Source: Euglena gracilis (lineage: Eukaryota). Taken from it: a DNA stretch of 64,000 nt. How positions within the stretch are numbered: position 1 is the stretch's first letter; the number at the start of each line of letters is the position of its first letter. The notes below the pieces were generated by a model, which was given only the letters and a program-made list of their open reading frames with translations, did not search any database and had not been told where the DNA came from. The position numbers were made by a program, and so were the translations under genes. This document shows, piece by piece, positions 22,555-35,610 of the stretch. Where the stretch lies: NCBI GenBank assembly GCA_039621445.1, contig CP154954.1:8372634-8436633 (forward strand), in the 5' to 3' direction.

Positions 22555-24860
22555 CTATTGGGCCAGCGCAAATGTTGCCGATCGCAAGGTGTTTTTGCTG
22601 ACGAACTCGTCAAGGAGGAGTTCCAAATTTAACGCCCAAAGTTCCTCTTTGTAAATGTTGCAAACGGCCAAATGGTTCAAGCGTGCTTGCCCCGTCTGGG
22701 CACGAAGGTGAGTTTTCAAACGGAGGAGGGTTTAAAAGGAGAGTTCGGCAATTGCAGAGGTCACGGTGATGGTTAGACAAAGCCTCGCCAACAAAATAAC
22801 CAGCGTGATAACCGAGCGAAATGCTGCCCAAAGGATGACTTATGGATACTTTATAGGCACATTTTGAGGAGGAAAACCGGACTGTATTTACCAAAGCATG
22901 TGTTGTGGAAACATTTTTTGTGCATCCAATAAAAGGGAAGAAAACGAGGAAAAACATCACAACAATGTGCAAAAATAACCTCATTGCATTCATGCATTCA
23001 CTCCCTCGAGGGGGGCATGGCATTTTGATTAATTGAACAATTTGCATAATGATAATAGAATAAGTGTTTGACCCAAGATCACAAGGAAAAAGAGGAAAAC
23101 CATCCTGGTTCTAGGCGCAGTTTGAAGAAAATCAACCACGTCGGCAAATGTTCTCAGTTCTACTCCCCTTTGTTTGCATATGTCATGCAACATTTGGCGC
23201 CTGAATTGAAGCGATGTGGGTTGATCAATGTCATCACCATAGAAGCGAAGCATCTTTACTGCCGACACGGAAAGTAGTATGGGGATTGCGATGGTTGTCA
23301 GCTTGTTTTTTTTAAAAAAATTGTGTTTTTGTTCTTATATTTACACTTTTTTTTAAAAAAAACCCAAAAAAGCCCACGGGGTTTTTTGGCAGACCAAAAC
23401 GAGCCCGCAACGAAAAAAACCAACTGTTGAAAGGGGCCTAGAATCAAGGGGAGGGATCGGGGACTTTAGTGTTTTGGGCGTTCCATGGGCAGGCTCTCTT
23501 CATTGTCGTGCAGAAGAAAATTCTCCACATCCAAAATGTTTTTTGCTGCCGCTCCATCAACAAACCGCTCCAAAATCCTTTTGGAAACTGCCTCCAAATA
23601 CGTCTCATACTTTTCTTGGAAATGTTCCTTTACACTCTTGGGCGCGGGTTGACTGCCATCAAGTGTAGATTTCCTTGCTCGTGGCTGGGTAGGTTCATCA
23701 ATCCCATGTTTGAGTGCCCCAATTTGGCAAGCGTCCAAAAGGTTTCAAAGCGCTCCTTTTTCTTGAGGTCCTCCAAAGAATCCCTGACGGTTTCGACGAC
23801 CTCCTTGGCTTCAGTGAAGTGAAATTGCACAGTCTGCAGCACACTGAAGGCAGAGTTGTTTTGAAAGGGTCAAAACCACGGTGCGACCATGCCATGACAA
23901 GGGGGGGAGATGGCAAAACCCTTATTGTTGGCTCGATCCCCCGTCAGGAAGATGAACCTCAGCAAATGAAGGGAAAAGAAGGTGTCAAACTGCAGCAGTC
24001 GTATGGCAAACCCATGGGCTGTAGTCCCAACTTCACTTGTAGCTTGGTTGTCAACTTCATTGAAAAATTCCAGCAAGGTCCGGTAGTTGCTGCATATGCC
24101 TGCGAGGGATTTCGCTCGCATTTCCACCTCGTTGGGCACAGTGCTGTCAAATTCATCCCTTCATCTGTGTCGCTCGCAACATCCTTAAACCAGTGCATCC
24201 TCTTTGTGGAGTCTCTTATGAATGATATCAAGCTGCCAACCAACGTCATCATGTCCCTCATGGTCTTGAAATCCTTCAGCGAATTTTGAATCACAAGGTT
24301 GAGGGAATGGGCAAAAACAATAAACATACAACGCCCGTTTCTCTTCCGAAATAACCAATGCTTGCAGGCCATTGAACTTCCCTGCAATGTTGCTGGATCC
24401 GTCATAGCCTTGTCCGGGACAATTAGCAATTTTCAACTGGAACCTTGTCAAAATGTCTTTCAACACAGAAAAAAGGGCAACTGGTCCAGGGCTCTACCAG
24501 TGTTCGCATGAAAATCAGGCAAGTACCATTATCCCCCCTAAATGACCCCCTCTTGTCCCGACCAATTCGTGATGTACACACGTTCTCCCATCAAGTCAAA
24601 ATATTTTCAGAAAAAACCCAACAAAACTCCAAAAAAATAGGTGTATTATGATCATTTTAGCACAGAAAATGGGAGGTGAAAGCGGGAGGGAAAAGTGTCG
24701 TAGAACCCTAGTTGCCACTCACGTCGTGCACTTCATAAAATCCAGACCAAATCTCCTCTATGTGAAGATCTTCATCAACAATTCGCAATGTGAAGGATAA
24801 TTGCTCCATGACGGAAATGTCGCTCGTCTCGTCCATGACCACGGCAAAATGCTGGGTTCC
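22555..24860 (-). pseudogene. hAT-superfamily transposase remnant with short insertions
   Basis: FAVVMDETSDISVMEQLS, GQGYDGSSNIAGKFNGLQA, AHSLNLV, LCPTRW, and a C-terminal dimerization-like VTSAIAELSF..LKTHLRAQTGQARLNHLA. Confidence 0.85.
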
Positions 24861-26500
24861 AAACAGGATTTGGGAAGGTTTAATCTGAAACCTGCCAGTA
24901 GGAGGTCTTTTTTCACTTCTGCCAAATGTTGGGCTGCTGTCTTTTTGCTGGGGGCTAACAGCAAAATGTCGTCCAGGTGGATGAAAAGCACTTTTCCCTC
25001 CTTTCTCCATTTTCTTTCCCAGACTCTCATGAGAGTCATGAATTTTTGTGGCAGGCTGCTGATGCCAAAGCATGCAGCCTGAAACTGCCAAGATCCCCCC
25101 CCCCACTTGCATGCAAACTTGTTTCCAGGCTGCTGTGCAGCTTTAGGTGAAAATAAGCATCTTTCAGATCTATTTTTTCACGGAAGCAACCCTTTCTCAA
25201 ATATGAAATATGGGAAGATGCTTCCCATGTGTGCCAGTCTGAATTTCTGGGGGGTGAAATGGTGATTTAACTGTCCACAGTCCGAAATTAGTCTTTCCTT
25301 TGTCTTTTCCCCCTCTTTTTTGGAAATGTCGAAATAAGGGACAAAATGTTTTGCCTCCTCTGGGGGGATTTGCCTGGTTGCACCTGCACATTCGTATTCT
25401 CTCAGAATTTTTTGGGCAGTCATCATTTCTTGGGGGTTTTGAAGGGAACTTTTAAGGACATCTGACGGGGGAGGGGAAGATCTGCCCTGACGCCTTCCCT
25501 TATCAGGTTTAATACCTCTCTGCTGGCACCTGCTTTGACCCAATGGGGAATGCTGGCCTGCAGTGCCTTGTAGGGGGGCACCCCTGGGTGTAATGTGTCT
25601 GGGGATTCCACAGGCCCCATCACTGGGGTCCTTCCCCCTGGTTGCCCCATCACTCGCGTCACCCCTGGCTGCCCCATCACTAAGGCTGCAGCTGGCCCTG
25701 CCATAGGGCTTCCCAAATACAGGCTTTCCCCCTGTTTCTGAATGATGGGGGAAGGTCTGTGGCTGCAGTGAGGAGGTACATATAAAGCTGGGGTGCCTGG
25801 GCTGATTATCTTCAAGGGGGGGGCCTGTCTGAGCCAATCTTGGGCCTCCCCCCCAAGGGCTGATGTGGTGATTGTATTGGCCACCATTTGCCTTCAGGGC
25901 CATTTGGCCTCCATTGGCACTTAGGCCTGCATGGCCTCCATTGGCCTTCTCTCCAGGACTTCTCTCTTGTCTCTTCTCTGTCCCTCTTGATTCCCCATAT
26001 AGGCCACCATGGCCTTTTTTTGGCATTGGCTTGCTGCCCCTGGGGGGTGTGTGTCTGAAATTCCTGGGGGGAAAGTTGGACATACCTTTCCCCAATGGGA
26101 CCTTTCCAGGCTGGGATAGTGTCTGCCATAGCCTTGCCCCTGGGCCCACTGCCCCCTTGAATGATGGCTGCCACAGCCTTGATTCTGGACTCAAGGTCCT
26201 TTTTGATGATGGCTGCCATAGCCTTGATGATGACTTGAATCCCTTGTATTTCTGATATTTGTTGAAAGGCTGCCATAGCCCTTGCCATGTCCACTGGAAG
26301 GGGGGGTGACTTAGTTGTTGGACCTGTGATGGTATTCCCTTCTGTCTTCTTGTCTTAATGACCACAGTTGTCCATGATCCATGGCCATTTTCATGTTGAG
26401 TGGGGGATTTTTGAAATCTCTGATGTGGTGGGGGCTGGGGGGGTTGCGATGGCCACGGACTTACGTGTTTCTGCCGCCCCTCCAGCTTCTGCAGCTTTAG
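24860..26500 (-). pseudogene. DIRS-type gag/RT remnant, truncated after the RT palm
   Basis: HWVKAGASREVLNLIREG, RLISDCGQLNHH, KIDLKDAYFHL, FGISSLPQKF, FIHLDDILL, GFRLNLPKSCLEP, then fused to hAT sequence. Confidence 0.8.
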
Positions 26501-26513
26501 GTAGGTACCTACC

Positions 26514-29500
26514 TGTAGGATTAGCCACCCCGCTGTTGGACGGCCACGAGGCAGCTCATGCTGCTTGCCGTGGCGCGTCCGCTAGCGAGGGGCCACGCTC
26601 GTGGTAATCCGACCGGTCAACGTTAGTCCACGTGCGCAGCCTCACGCGCCGATCGATCCCCGCGGTATGCCCTCTGCCCGTACGGGATCGATCAGGACCC
26701 ACACGGCGGGACCTGGGCCTCGAACCCACGACCTCCCGCGTGTGAGCCCAGTGCCTTACCGAATAAGCTACTGCAGCGATACTCGGCTTGGTACTACGCG
26801 CCGGCGACCTACTCCCGTAGGATCTCCCGTCTGCCGCACACACCGACTCCACCAGAGCGGCAGGAGTTGGTTTACTCAAAAAAACTGGGGATTTCTGCCC
26901 AAGAGATTTGTGAAATTGGCCAGTGGAGGAGGATGGAGGCTTTTACAGGCCATTATCAACGACTTGGGGCCCAGGGTGCTCTTGAAAATGCCCTGTTCCC
27001 CCAGCCTCACAAGGGCAAAGTGCGGACCCCGGGGGGTCTCGTAATCCCCCAAGGCAAACCGTTCATCATTGTACATTGCCATTGATGACATCTTTCAAAT
27101 TGTAATTACTGGTCCTGGTGCTGACCTGTGAGGCACGGCCTTCGAGAACTTCGAGGTGGAGCATCGAGATGAGCCGTGAGACATGTAATGGAGAACCAGT
27201 TGGTGGTTATTTGTGGTTTTGGTGGTCATTTGCTGTTGTTGACATTACAGTAGGTTTTCGTCATCGCTGGGTTGTGAGTTCACCTACCGTTTACGAAAAA
27301 AACTCTCGCCGTTCCGTTTGGCAATTGGTGCTGCCATGTGCTGGTGTTCTGCGGCAGAAGGTGGTTACTTTCATCCGTTTTACTTCGTCTTCGACTTCTT
27401 CTTGTCGTGTTCCAAGTGGCCCATCAAGATGTTCAACGTGGGATAAAGGTCTGTCCTATGTCGCTGCGAACGCTGTGTAAATTGTGGACAATTTTTCTGA
27501 GAAGGGGGTGAGAGCAGACATCAAAGTATTCCAGAATCTGTGATTGCAATCTTAAATTAGGCATGGCTAGAAAAGAGATTTCGCCCAGTGAAATTCTACT
27601 TGGCTTTTTTCACATTGGTATGGCAAACAGTGCATGACGTTGTAGTAGTTGTATCTTGCAAGTTCTTGGATTGCTGTGTCAGGAAGTGTGGAAGGGATTT
27701 GGAGAATTAAAGTTCAAGGTTCTACTCTGGCAGATTGCCATATGGGAGGTTGATCGGAAAGGCTTTCCTATGTTGCTTGCCCTGGGGGCCTGGCCCACGT
27801 GGTGGGGAAAGTTGAGTTGTGTTTGAAGCGATGTACTCCCCCCTGTAGCCTAAACCCAAATTATAAACCCCCCCGTTTATTATTTGGACACCCGAAGTCG
27901 GGGTCCAGGAGGGGGTTTATATTTGGGGGGTTTATTTTTAAGCAAAAATTTTGAAGTCATAAATCAACCAAAAAAACCCTCCAAGGGCTCCAATGCTCAC
28001 TTTGTTGGCATTTTTGTGCTTTTTTGAAAATTGGGTGCTTTTTTGGCGTATTCTCTGCACCAATTTGATCAATTTTTGTGATTTTTTTTGCAACTTTCCC
28101 GCAAATTTTTTGACTCTTTTTTCTTTGCCATCACACCTAACACACGGGGGGGGTTATTTTCTGGGCCTCCGAAGTCGGTCCTCGGGGGGGGGGTTATTTT
28201 TTGGGGGGTTATTATTTGTTGGAGGGGTTTTCAAGGGGCAAGAATCCAGGTCGCCAAGTCGGAGGAGCATCGTCATCCAACTCGGGCGAGGCGACACTCA
28301 GCGGGGACTCTTAACCCAACGCACCACGAACGATCCAAACAACACCGCCGGCGAACAAGGCATGGCCTCATAAGGTCGTTGTGCTTTGCCCTCGGTGTCC
28401 CTTCCTTCTTGTCGGTTTACCTCGAGGGAGTACGCGCGTTAGGTTGAAAAATAACCAAGCGCGTTTTTTGTCCTTGGGTATAGCGCCCCTTTGCCTTTCA
28501 TAAGCTTTTCCGAAGCGCCAGTCTTTTTAACAAGCAAAAAACTTCCCATCGAAAGGCGGCCACAAAACTGACAGCCCACTGATCGAGAAACGACTGACCA
28601 TGGCGTGAAAAAAAAATTCGATAGGGAAGACATTGTTGTTCCAACTCGAAATTTGCCCAGAGCGGAGCGTTGAAAATTTTACGGGAATTGGCGCTGTGTG
28701 AGTGACATGGGCATCCCTCATCTTCAACGAGCCTGCCCGGCCCAGGTCCGGGGATGGTCCGGGTGGCTTGATGGGCTGGGCGGTCCCAGAAGGCACAAGT
28801 CAAGCTGGGTTGACTTTCTTTTTCAGCCAAAATTGAGGTCCCCAAACCCCGGAGGGAATGTTTTAATGTGTTTTTAAAAAAGATGGTTTTTCTTCAGGTT
28901 TCCGTTCCATTTCTTTGAAAAGTCCAACCGATGAATTTGAGGATGGAGCCAAAAGAGGGTCTGAAACTCATTTTCGAACTGCCCGAGATACCCTATCAAG
29001 TTAACCATCACAATGGTGCCGAAGGCGTTGCTTGCAAGAAGGAGAGAACCAGGAAGTCCAGCAATCTCCTGTCAAATCGTCAAAAAAGGGGGGTTAGAAA
29101 TAATGCCAGAGCACTGCACCATACACTGGAGCTCCTTGCACGCGGAACAGTGAACAAAGGTAACCTTTCGAGAGACCAATTAATGCACCAGACTGATGAG
29201 AGCTGGAAAAGGAGGACCATAAAGCAACGCAAACTATTGTTCCAACAGGATGCCGTTACAGAGCGTCGAGCAATAAGGTGGCAACCAGCAATTGGGGATT
29301 TAGTTTGTGAAATTCATTTGCATTGGAACGCGCTTGTTGTGCATGGACAACAAGACTCACTATATCAACGGTGGTGTGGCAAACCGAGTCCACCGACCAG
29401 AGACACAGCTTACTGGATTTGATGTCTTCAAGGGGTAAGGCTATGTACAGAAGCGACAGTCTGTGCAAGGGCCTGGCGATGGGAGGGCAGGGAAAAGTGG

Positions 29501-32500
29501 ATAAGATGTGCGCTACAGAAGGGTGCAAGGTGGGGCCGCGATTGATCGGCTGCCAGAGTAGCTTCCGGGCACTAGTTTCTCAGATTGTGGTTGAGGAAGT
29601 TGGCGGATACTCTGCCACGTGGGTTATCATGCGTCGCTACGGGGCTCGCGCTTTTGTTTACAACGCCGCCGAAGATGGAGGACTGTCGTGCCCGCACGTG
29701 CACATGCGCACCGAGAGGAACTTTTCCCAAGCCTTTGTCGGTTATCAGGCTGTCTCTCACCGAAGGGCTGCGTTGTAAAACGCGGGTCATTGAAGGGGGG
29801 CGTTTCGCCGCACCAACCTAGCCGGCTGGCCGGACTAACCTAGCCGGATGGCAGACCAACCTAGCCAGCCAACATGCCGGCTGTCCCGCCGTCCGTCCAG
29901 ATGAAAGTCAGTGTCCCTAGCCGCCTGGCTACCCAGACCAAACAACACGCACGCCGTACGCAGTGACGGCTGGATCAGGAATGAATGTGTGCACCGGAGG
30001 GGGACTAAGTTGATTCCCAAAGTGCACCTGGGTGAACGTTCGGACCTAAGTACGGCCCGCCTGTTGGCTTTAACCCGCACGGGCGGACAAAAGACGTACC
30101 GGCCGGCGGCGCCCCCGCCCAAAAAAACTTGTGGCCACTCGTTCGCCTCGTTGGGAAAATATCGCCAGCAAAAGCAGCAAAAAACACGGCCACCCATCAG
30201 TCCAAAACTGCCCACTACAAACCCGCCAAAACTTACCCATTTGCCCACCACAAACCCTCCAAAACTTACCCATTTCCCAGACTCAAGAACCGAACTCCCC
30301 AAATTTTTTAGCTTGTCTGAGCAAGAGAACTTGTGACACAGGAAAAAAAAGAATGCAAGAAACAAAAAAAAAGTTTCAGAAGAAAACGAGCATCTCGGGA
30401 CAACACCTTTCTGGTCAAAACCTGGCACCATCTGGCCCAAAACTGGCAAGCACACCTGGCCCAAAACTGGCCAACACATGTGGCCCAAAGCTGGCCACCA
30501 CCTGTAGCCCACAAATCTTCAAAATCTTCAAAATCCCTTTCACATTTAGCACACTGGCAGCCCACAAATCTTCAAAATCTTCAAAATCCCTTTCACATTT
30601 AGCACACTGGCACAATCTGAATGGGAGCGTTGCAAAAACAGACCGAAGTTTCTCGGTTTCCTTTGTTCTGGGGCTACTTTGTAAACAGAAACAAAAAAAA
30701 AACAGGCAAGAAACAAAACAGTTCACAAAAAGTAAAACAGACCGACTTAAAGTCAATTCTGCAGTAACCAGCAGCATACGGCCAAATAAGCCCCAGCACT
30801 GAGGCTAGAAGTCCTGTCCACCAGCGTACATAGGCTCTTGCAAACAGTTCACCACTTCGCCCTGGTCTTGTCCTTGTTTTCCCCTCTTGCCGGGTCCGTG
30901 ACCGTGTGCGGAATGGGCTCCACGGCAGGCCGAGTAGGGGAAAACAGTCACCCGGCGCTCCGTTAAAATTAGGCACACGCGCCCCAAAAATTCCTTTTTT
31001 GTGTCCTTCGTTCCCTGAATTCAGCCAGAACCTGGCTTCCGGCAGCCAAATAATTCAAAAATTCGGGGGGGGGGACGGTGTTTTTGGCCAACTGCTAGGG
31101 GTGCCTCAGAAGCAGTAGGGGGGGGGGAGGAAAAGCCTGGGTATAATTTAAAAAGGGTATCGGGGGGGACGGAGGAACACCTTCACCTTGATTCCCAGCG
31201 CCGTTTGCTTTTCCTTTTTTGAATTTGAATTTTGTCTTTTGATTGACCTTCCGGACTGACTTTTTGAACTGACTGCACAATTGTTTGCTTGAACTCAGAT
31301 TTAATTTTTGAAATTCCTTCCTTCAGCATGCACAATTCTTTGAATAAAACATTCGGAAGAGAGAACCTGGGCGGAAAAGTACACAGGTAAAAAAGTAGCG
31401 GAATGGGGCAGAATATTCGCAACTTCCAGTGCGCAGGCGCCAGGCCGGCTCCCGCCGCCCACACTCGCCTTCCTACCGAGGCGCCCGGCCTCGCCTGCCT
31501 TCGGCTAACCTCGGAGGCGGGAGCGGGGGGCGATGCGCACCTCATCGGCGAAGTAAACGAATTGTACAAACAAACGTCGGGGCGGTTCTGGTATACGGAG
31601 GGCAGGGGTGTGGCCTCGGCCTCGGCCTTGACCTTTGGCGTTTGGCGCCCGGGGGCGCCAAACGCCAAACGTGTGTGGCCTCGCGCGCCACAGGAACCTG
31701 GTCGGGGGCTGGCGTTGGTCCCCGGGCGGTCGGCTGGCAGGCACGCCGCAGGCTCCTGTGAGCGCCTTCGGCGGGGGTGGAACTCCTCCGGGCTCTGGGC
31801 GGGGGCCGCTGTCCTGCTGGGTCGCTTGGCAGCCGCGACGCGCCGACCTGCAGGCTGGTGGCAGAGCCCGGAGCATTCAGCCTTTCGGGGGGGCGGTGCG
31901 CTCCCCGGCTTGTTGGGGGGGGGGGGCGGTACCTTGGGCTCCCTTGGGTCTTTCTGGTGGCTGGGGGGTCTCTTCGGCTCGCCTCCTTTGCCCCCTGCCT
32001 GGCTTCCTTCTGCTGGCTTGGGGGGGGGGCTTACCCTTCTCTCCCTTGCGCCTTCTCGGTTCTCCTGTGGCGCTCTTGGGGGGGGGGGTGCTCCTTGCGC
32101 CCTCTTCGGTTCTCGCTTGGCGCTCTGGGGCTCCGGTGGGTGTGGGCGAGCCTGGGGGGGCGCTCTTTCTTTTTTTGGTCCGGGGGGTCCGGGGGCGTTT
32201 TTTTTTGCCCGGGGGGTCCCCCTGGGGTCTTCTGCCTTGGTGTGTGGGGGTCTTTGGTCGTGCTCTCTGGGCCTCCTGGGGGGGCGGCCTTGGTTGGTGG
32301 CCTCTGGGCCCCCGGGGGAGGGGGGGGGGGCGTTCTGGGGTTGGTGGCCTCTGGGCCCCCGGGGAAAGGTCCTGGCTCGGTTGCCTCTTGGGCCCCCTGG
32401 GGGTGGGGGGTCCTTGCTTGGTTGCCTGTGGGGCCCCCTGGGGGAGGAGACTTCCTGGCTCGGTGGCCCTCTTGAGCCCCTTGGGGAGGTCTTAGCTCGC

Positions 32501-33918
32501 TGGTCCTCTGGGGCCTCTCGGTTGCCCTCTGGGGAACCTTGGCTCGGTGGCCCTCTGTGGCCTCTCGCCTTGCTGGTGCCCCCTGGGTGCTTTGGCTGTT
32601 CGGTGCCCCCTGGGGGGGGTGGGGGCTGGCTTCGGTTCCCCCTGGGGGGGGTGCTCCCTCAGCACTTCCGCCAGCAGCGCGCTCTGTACACACCACCTCC
32701 CCGCCGAGACGAGCCGCCCATCCACCAGCTGGAACCCTCTGGGCCAGCCCGGGCCGTTGTGGGCCTGGTCCCAGATGGGCTTCCGGCGCGGGCACACCGC
32801 ATACGCCTTGCTCCAGTCCACGTCGAAGACGTTGATGTCCAGGTCAGGCTGCGGAGGCACGTGATCTGCGGTTGACGCCACACCCGCTGCGGGTGCTGCA
32901 CACGGGACTGACGCGGCCGGTGACTGCACACCGGCTGCGGACGCTGGGACGGGCATGGCCGGTGATGACACCCCGGCTGTGGGCGCTGCAAACGGTGCGA
33001 TGGACTGCAGTGCGGTGGACTGCGGTGCTGGTGATGGGGTTGGCGATGGTGCGTTGGATGATGGTGCTGGCACGGACGCTGGGGATGTTATGCACGATGC
33101 AGACGATGGGACTGCCGCAGCCGATGCCGACGGTGGGACTGCTGCGGCCGCGGGAGACGAGGAGTTTCCCGAACGATGTTGTTTTTGCCCAGCCTTCACT
33201 CCCGGGGGTCCGTGAGGGGGTACCGGCGGGGTGGGGGGTAGGCGCGATGTGCTCTGGGGAGAGGGGTAGGTTCGGGATACTCCCCTTCCCACGTAGGGTT
33301 TTTTCCCGGGGACCGAAGGCCCTCCTTTTTGGGAGTGGTTGGAGGGGGGAATCCGGCTTGGCGTCCCTTCCGGCAGTGGGGGGGGTTTAGGAAAAGGCCT
33401 GGTTGCCCTCCCCTAGGCTTCAGATACCCCAGCACCAACACCTTTTTGGCTTGTACTGCTCTCCTGCTCCAGCAGATAACCAATCTTTTTTGTAATCCTT
33501 TGCTTGCTCCGCCCTTGGGTTTTTGACTTTCTTGAACTTTTGCACTTCCTTGGCTCCAGTGCCTTTCTTTGAATTGCCTTGAAAATCCTTGAAAATTGAT
33601 ATAATTTGACCTTGGTCTTGATTCAGCAGGCACAATCTTGAATTGAAACCATGGGTAAAAAGAGGGAGCCTGCAGTGAAAAACAGAACAGTTAGAGAGCG
33701 GTTTGCGCTATTTTGATGCTGAATTAGCGCAGTGGTTCGCTATATACAACAGCGGGCTGTTATAGTGGCAATGGAAGGTGCAGCGGCCGGTCAGCCAACT
33801 CTCCCCTTCCTCGGCCTTGCCTCCGGCTGCCGGGCCTGGCCGCTGCCTCTCTCGCCCCCCTGCCACAGGAGCCTGGCCGGGGCTCCCCGGTCCTTCGTTG
33901 CGCCGCTGCCTGGCGTGC
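26514..33918. repeat. Segmental duplication copy 2, including recombinase 3' end, family A 3' LTR (30875-31465), A pol fragment (~32650-33162) and B LTR
   Basis: Colinear with 2404-9721. Confidence 0.95.
33163..33800 (-). repeat. Family B 3' LTR of copy 1
   Basis: AGTT...AACT ends with adjacent PPT; differs from 45892-46529 at roughly ten positions by eye. Confidence 0.9.
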
Positions 33919-34099
33919 CGGCTGCGGGCGGGCTCCTGTGGTCCGGGTGGGGGTGGACGCCAGCCAATCCCTGGCCGTGCTCCGCAGGCGTTCGGTGAGC
34001 GTCGCTGCTGACGTCGTCCGGCCTTGCGGGCTGGCCTCAGGAATTGGCTGGGCTCGTGCTTTGGCTCTCCTTGGCTCTCCTTGGTGGGTGGTCTTGTGT

Positions 34100-35230
34100 G
34101 GGTTCGGTTGCCCCCCCCCCTTTGGGGCTGGCGGTCCCCCTGGCCGCTTTTCCGGCGGCCGTGCGTGCCCCCCCCCTGGGGTCTGGGCGGCCCCCCTGGG
34201 GCGCTTTTCGGCCCCCCCCCCCCCTGGGGTCTGGGCGGCCCCCCTGGGCCGCTTTTCGGCGCCCCCCCCCCTGGGGTCTGGGCGGCCCCCCCTGGGCCGG
34301 TTTGCGGCGCCCCCTCCCCTGGGGTCTGGGCGGCCCCCCTGGGCCGTTTTTTCGGCGCCCCCTCCCGGGGTGGTCTGGGGCGGCCCCCCTGGGCCGCTTT
34401 TCGTCGCCCCCCCCCCCCTGGGGCCTGGGGGCCCCCCCTGGCCGGCTTTTGGCGCCCCCCCCCCCCCGGGTCGGGCGGGCGCCCCCCCTGGGGCCGCTCT
34501 GGGTTCCCCCCCCCGGGTGTGGGGGCGGCCCCACGGCCGCTTTTTTTTTTTGCCGGCCCCCCCGGGCCGTTCGCTTCCCCCCCCCCCCCGGGGGGTCTTG
34601 GGCGGCCCCCCTGGGCCGCTTTTAGCCCCCCCCCCCTGGGGTCTTGGGCGGCCCCCCTGGCCGCCGTTCTTCGGCGCCCCCCCCCCCCCCCCGGGCGTGG
34701 GCGGCCCCCCTGGGCCGCTTTTCGGTGCCCCCCCCCCCCTCGGGGCGTGGGGGGCCCCCCTGGGCCGCTTTTCGGCCCCCCCCCCCGGGGTCTGGGCCGC
34801 CCCCCTGGGTGTGGGTCTTGGGCGGCCCCCCCTGGGACGCTTTTCGGCGGCCCCCCCCCCCCCTGGGGTCTGGGCCGCCCCCCCTGGGCCGCTTTTCGGC
34901 GCCCCCCCCCCCCCTGGGGTCGTGGGCGGCCCCCCTTGGCTGCTCTTGGGTCCCCCCCCCGGGTGTGGGCGCGGCCCCCCCGGCCGCTTTTTTTTTTGTG
35001 CCGGCCCCTCTGGGCCGTGCGTGCCCCCCCCCCCCTCGGGGCGTGGGCGGCCCCCCTGGGCCGCTTTTCGGCGCCCCCCTGGGCCGCTCTTGGGTTCCCC
35101 CCCCCCGGGTGTGGGCGCGGCCCCCCGGCCGCTTTTTTTTTTTTTTTTTTGGCCCCCCTGGGCCGCTTGTTCTTCCCCCCCCCGGGTGTTCTTGGCCGCC
35201 CCCCCTGGGCCGCTCTTGGGTGCCCCTGGT
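34100..35230. repeat. Hypervariable GC-rich minisatellite-like array in the B1 3' region
   Basis: Reiterated GGGCGGCCCCCCTGGGCCGCTTTTCGGCGCCCCCCC units with variable homopolymer lengths. Confidence 0.85.
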
Positions 35231-35610
35231 CCGGGTCCTTTGGTCTTCCCTGGGTCCCCTCTGGGCCCCCTTTGCCCCCGGGGTCGGTTGGGTTTCCCCC
35301 CTTGGGTCCCCTTTCTTTCTCCTTTCCTCTCCTTCTTTGCTCGCCTCTCCCCGGGGCTTTCGCCCCCGTGCTTCGTCGCTCTCCTCTCCTCTCCTCTCTC
35401 TCTCCTCTCTGGGCTCTCTCCGGTCTCCCTTCTCCTGGCTCGGCCTCGGCCGGGCTCACCGTGGCTCAGCCTTGGTTGGGGAAGAGAGGGGAGGGGTGGC
35501 ACACCAGTAAGAGGTTGGGTTGGTGGGTGAGAGCCTCCACAGTATCCATCAGGTCAGTAGGGGGTGAGCCAGCTGCCGCTGACGTCACCACATCTCCTCA
35601 CGACGACAGC

